60,360 nt of DNA from Dimargaris cristalligena (Eukaryota): positions 1-60,360 of the forward strand of contig ML002244.1 in NCBI GenBank assembly GCA_003614675.1. Direction: 5' to 3'. Made by a program: the position numbers and the translations under genes. This document shows, one piece after another, positions 59,522 to 60,360 of the stretch (the stretch's first letter is position 1; the number at the start of each line of letters is the position of its first letter). The notes beneath the pieces were generated by a model. The model was not told where the DNA came from. It worked only from the letters and a program-made list of their open reading frames with translations, and searched no databases.

Positions 59522-60360
59522 GTGGAAATAAGGGGTTTGGGAAAATACGTCAATAAGAAGGGGAACGTGGGGACTGAGCGCGCTACAGAAATACAGAAGG
59601 TGGTAGTTAGAAAATGAATACTGACCTATTTATGGGCCCCCTGGCCATATATATATATATAATATGCATCTCTCTCCCTCACCCACTGGGGGGGTTGCGT
59701 GTGGGAGAAACTGACCTTAAGTTCAGGTTATGTCCCTTTGCTGAATTTCTTGGGACTTGTTAATTATCGGTGGGAGAATGACGCGATCACCAATAGATGG
59801 GTAGTGAGCGATGTTCCGGCGAATGATGTGCAAAGAAGGGGCATGTATACACCACTCGATGTAGCTGGTCTGAGTGGCACCAAACTGCTCTAACGGAGTA
59901 CAGTCGACGTAACTGGCCCAGTGTGGATTAGATTAATAGAAATCTGCAAGTCTATTCAACTGTCTCTAGACAATAAACTTGGGTGTTTTAAGCTGACTCA
60001 AAGGATTTGTCGTCATTCCAATGATTGTACCACTTCCAAGTTAATCACAGGTCATATCATCCATCAGACACAAGAGTATGCAGCTGGATTACTACACGCC
60101 AATCCACTACATCGACTAAAAGTATAGCAGGCCTGGAGGATATAGGTCTCACACATTGGTACTATTTGATCAACTTCAAAGGGAGTGTAGTACAGAGAAG
60201 GGGTCGCCCTAAGCTTTGCACCTAGTCTCTAAATTGTCTTTTACCCTGACACACCACAGCTTGGTTAGAACACCAGTACTTAGGGCTAAGCGAAACAAAC
60301 AAGTGTAGGCCAGTGCATTGCTATCAAATGAGTAAAAGTGACACAAGTTCTGTTTACATA

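Noticed and set aside
58892..59617. Antisense ORFs over MTAP, and likewise over the kinase and ULP1
   Set aside because: GC-rich shadow frames of well-supported genes.
1..60360. CRISPR arrays, rRNA, tRNA, telomeric arrays or bacterial operons
   Set aside because: None seen. The window is intron-containing eukaryotic DNA, and the only regular repeat array is protein-coding.

Overview
Eukaryotic (fungal) genomic DNA with spliceosomal GT-AG introns (mostly GTAAGT donors, about 140-275 nt) and long gene-poor intergenic tracts. Gene style suggests an early-diverging fungus, possibly Zoopagomycota such as Dimargaris; this is inference and is not verified. Fourteen protein-coding genes are supported. 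Housekeeping or recognisable: HMG-CoA synthase (ERG13), mitochondrial ribosomal mL50-like protein, Ulp1-type SUMO protease, HGH1, MTAP/MEU1, a DLG-variant protein kinase and a TMEM198/DUF4203-like membrane protein. Secreted: a CRH-like GH16, two tandem class-3 lipases, a DPBB/expansin-like protein and a Gly/Tyr/Asp repeat protein. Two further genes are orphans. Most introns were resolved by hand with consistent reading phase. Two non-autonomous DNA transposon families not visible in the ORF track were found: a 144-bp MITE in three equal-length copies (3032, 22574, 46575), each bounded by ATAT, and a ~733-bp element with ~120-bp terminal inverted repeats in two copies (2091, 47792). Copies of the larger element differ mostly by C>T/G>A transitions, including non-CpG sites, and sit in CpG-depleted AT-rich islands, a RIP-like signature. 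No tRNA, rRNA or CRISPR array was found. No database searches could be run.
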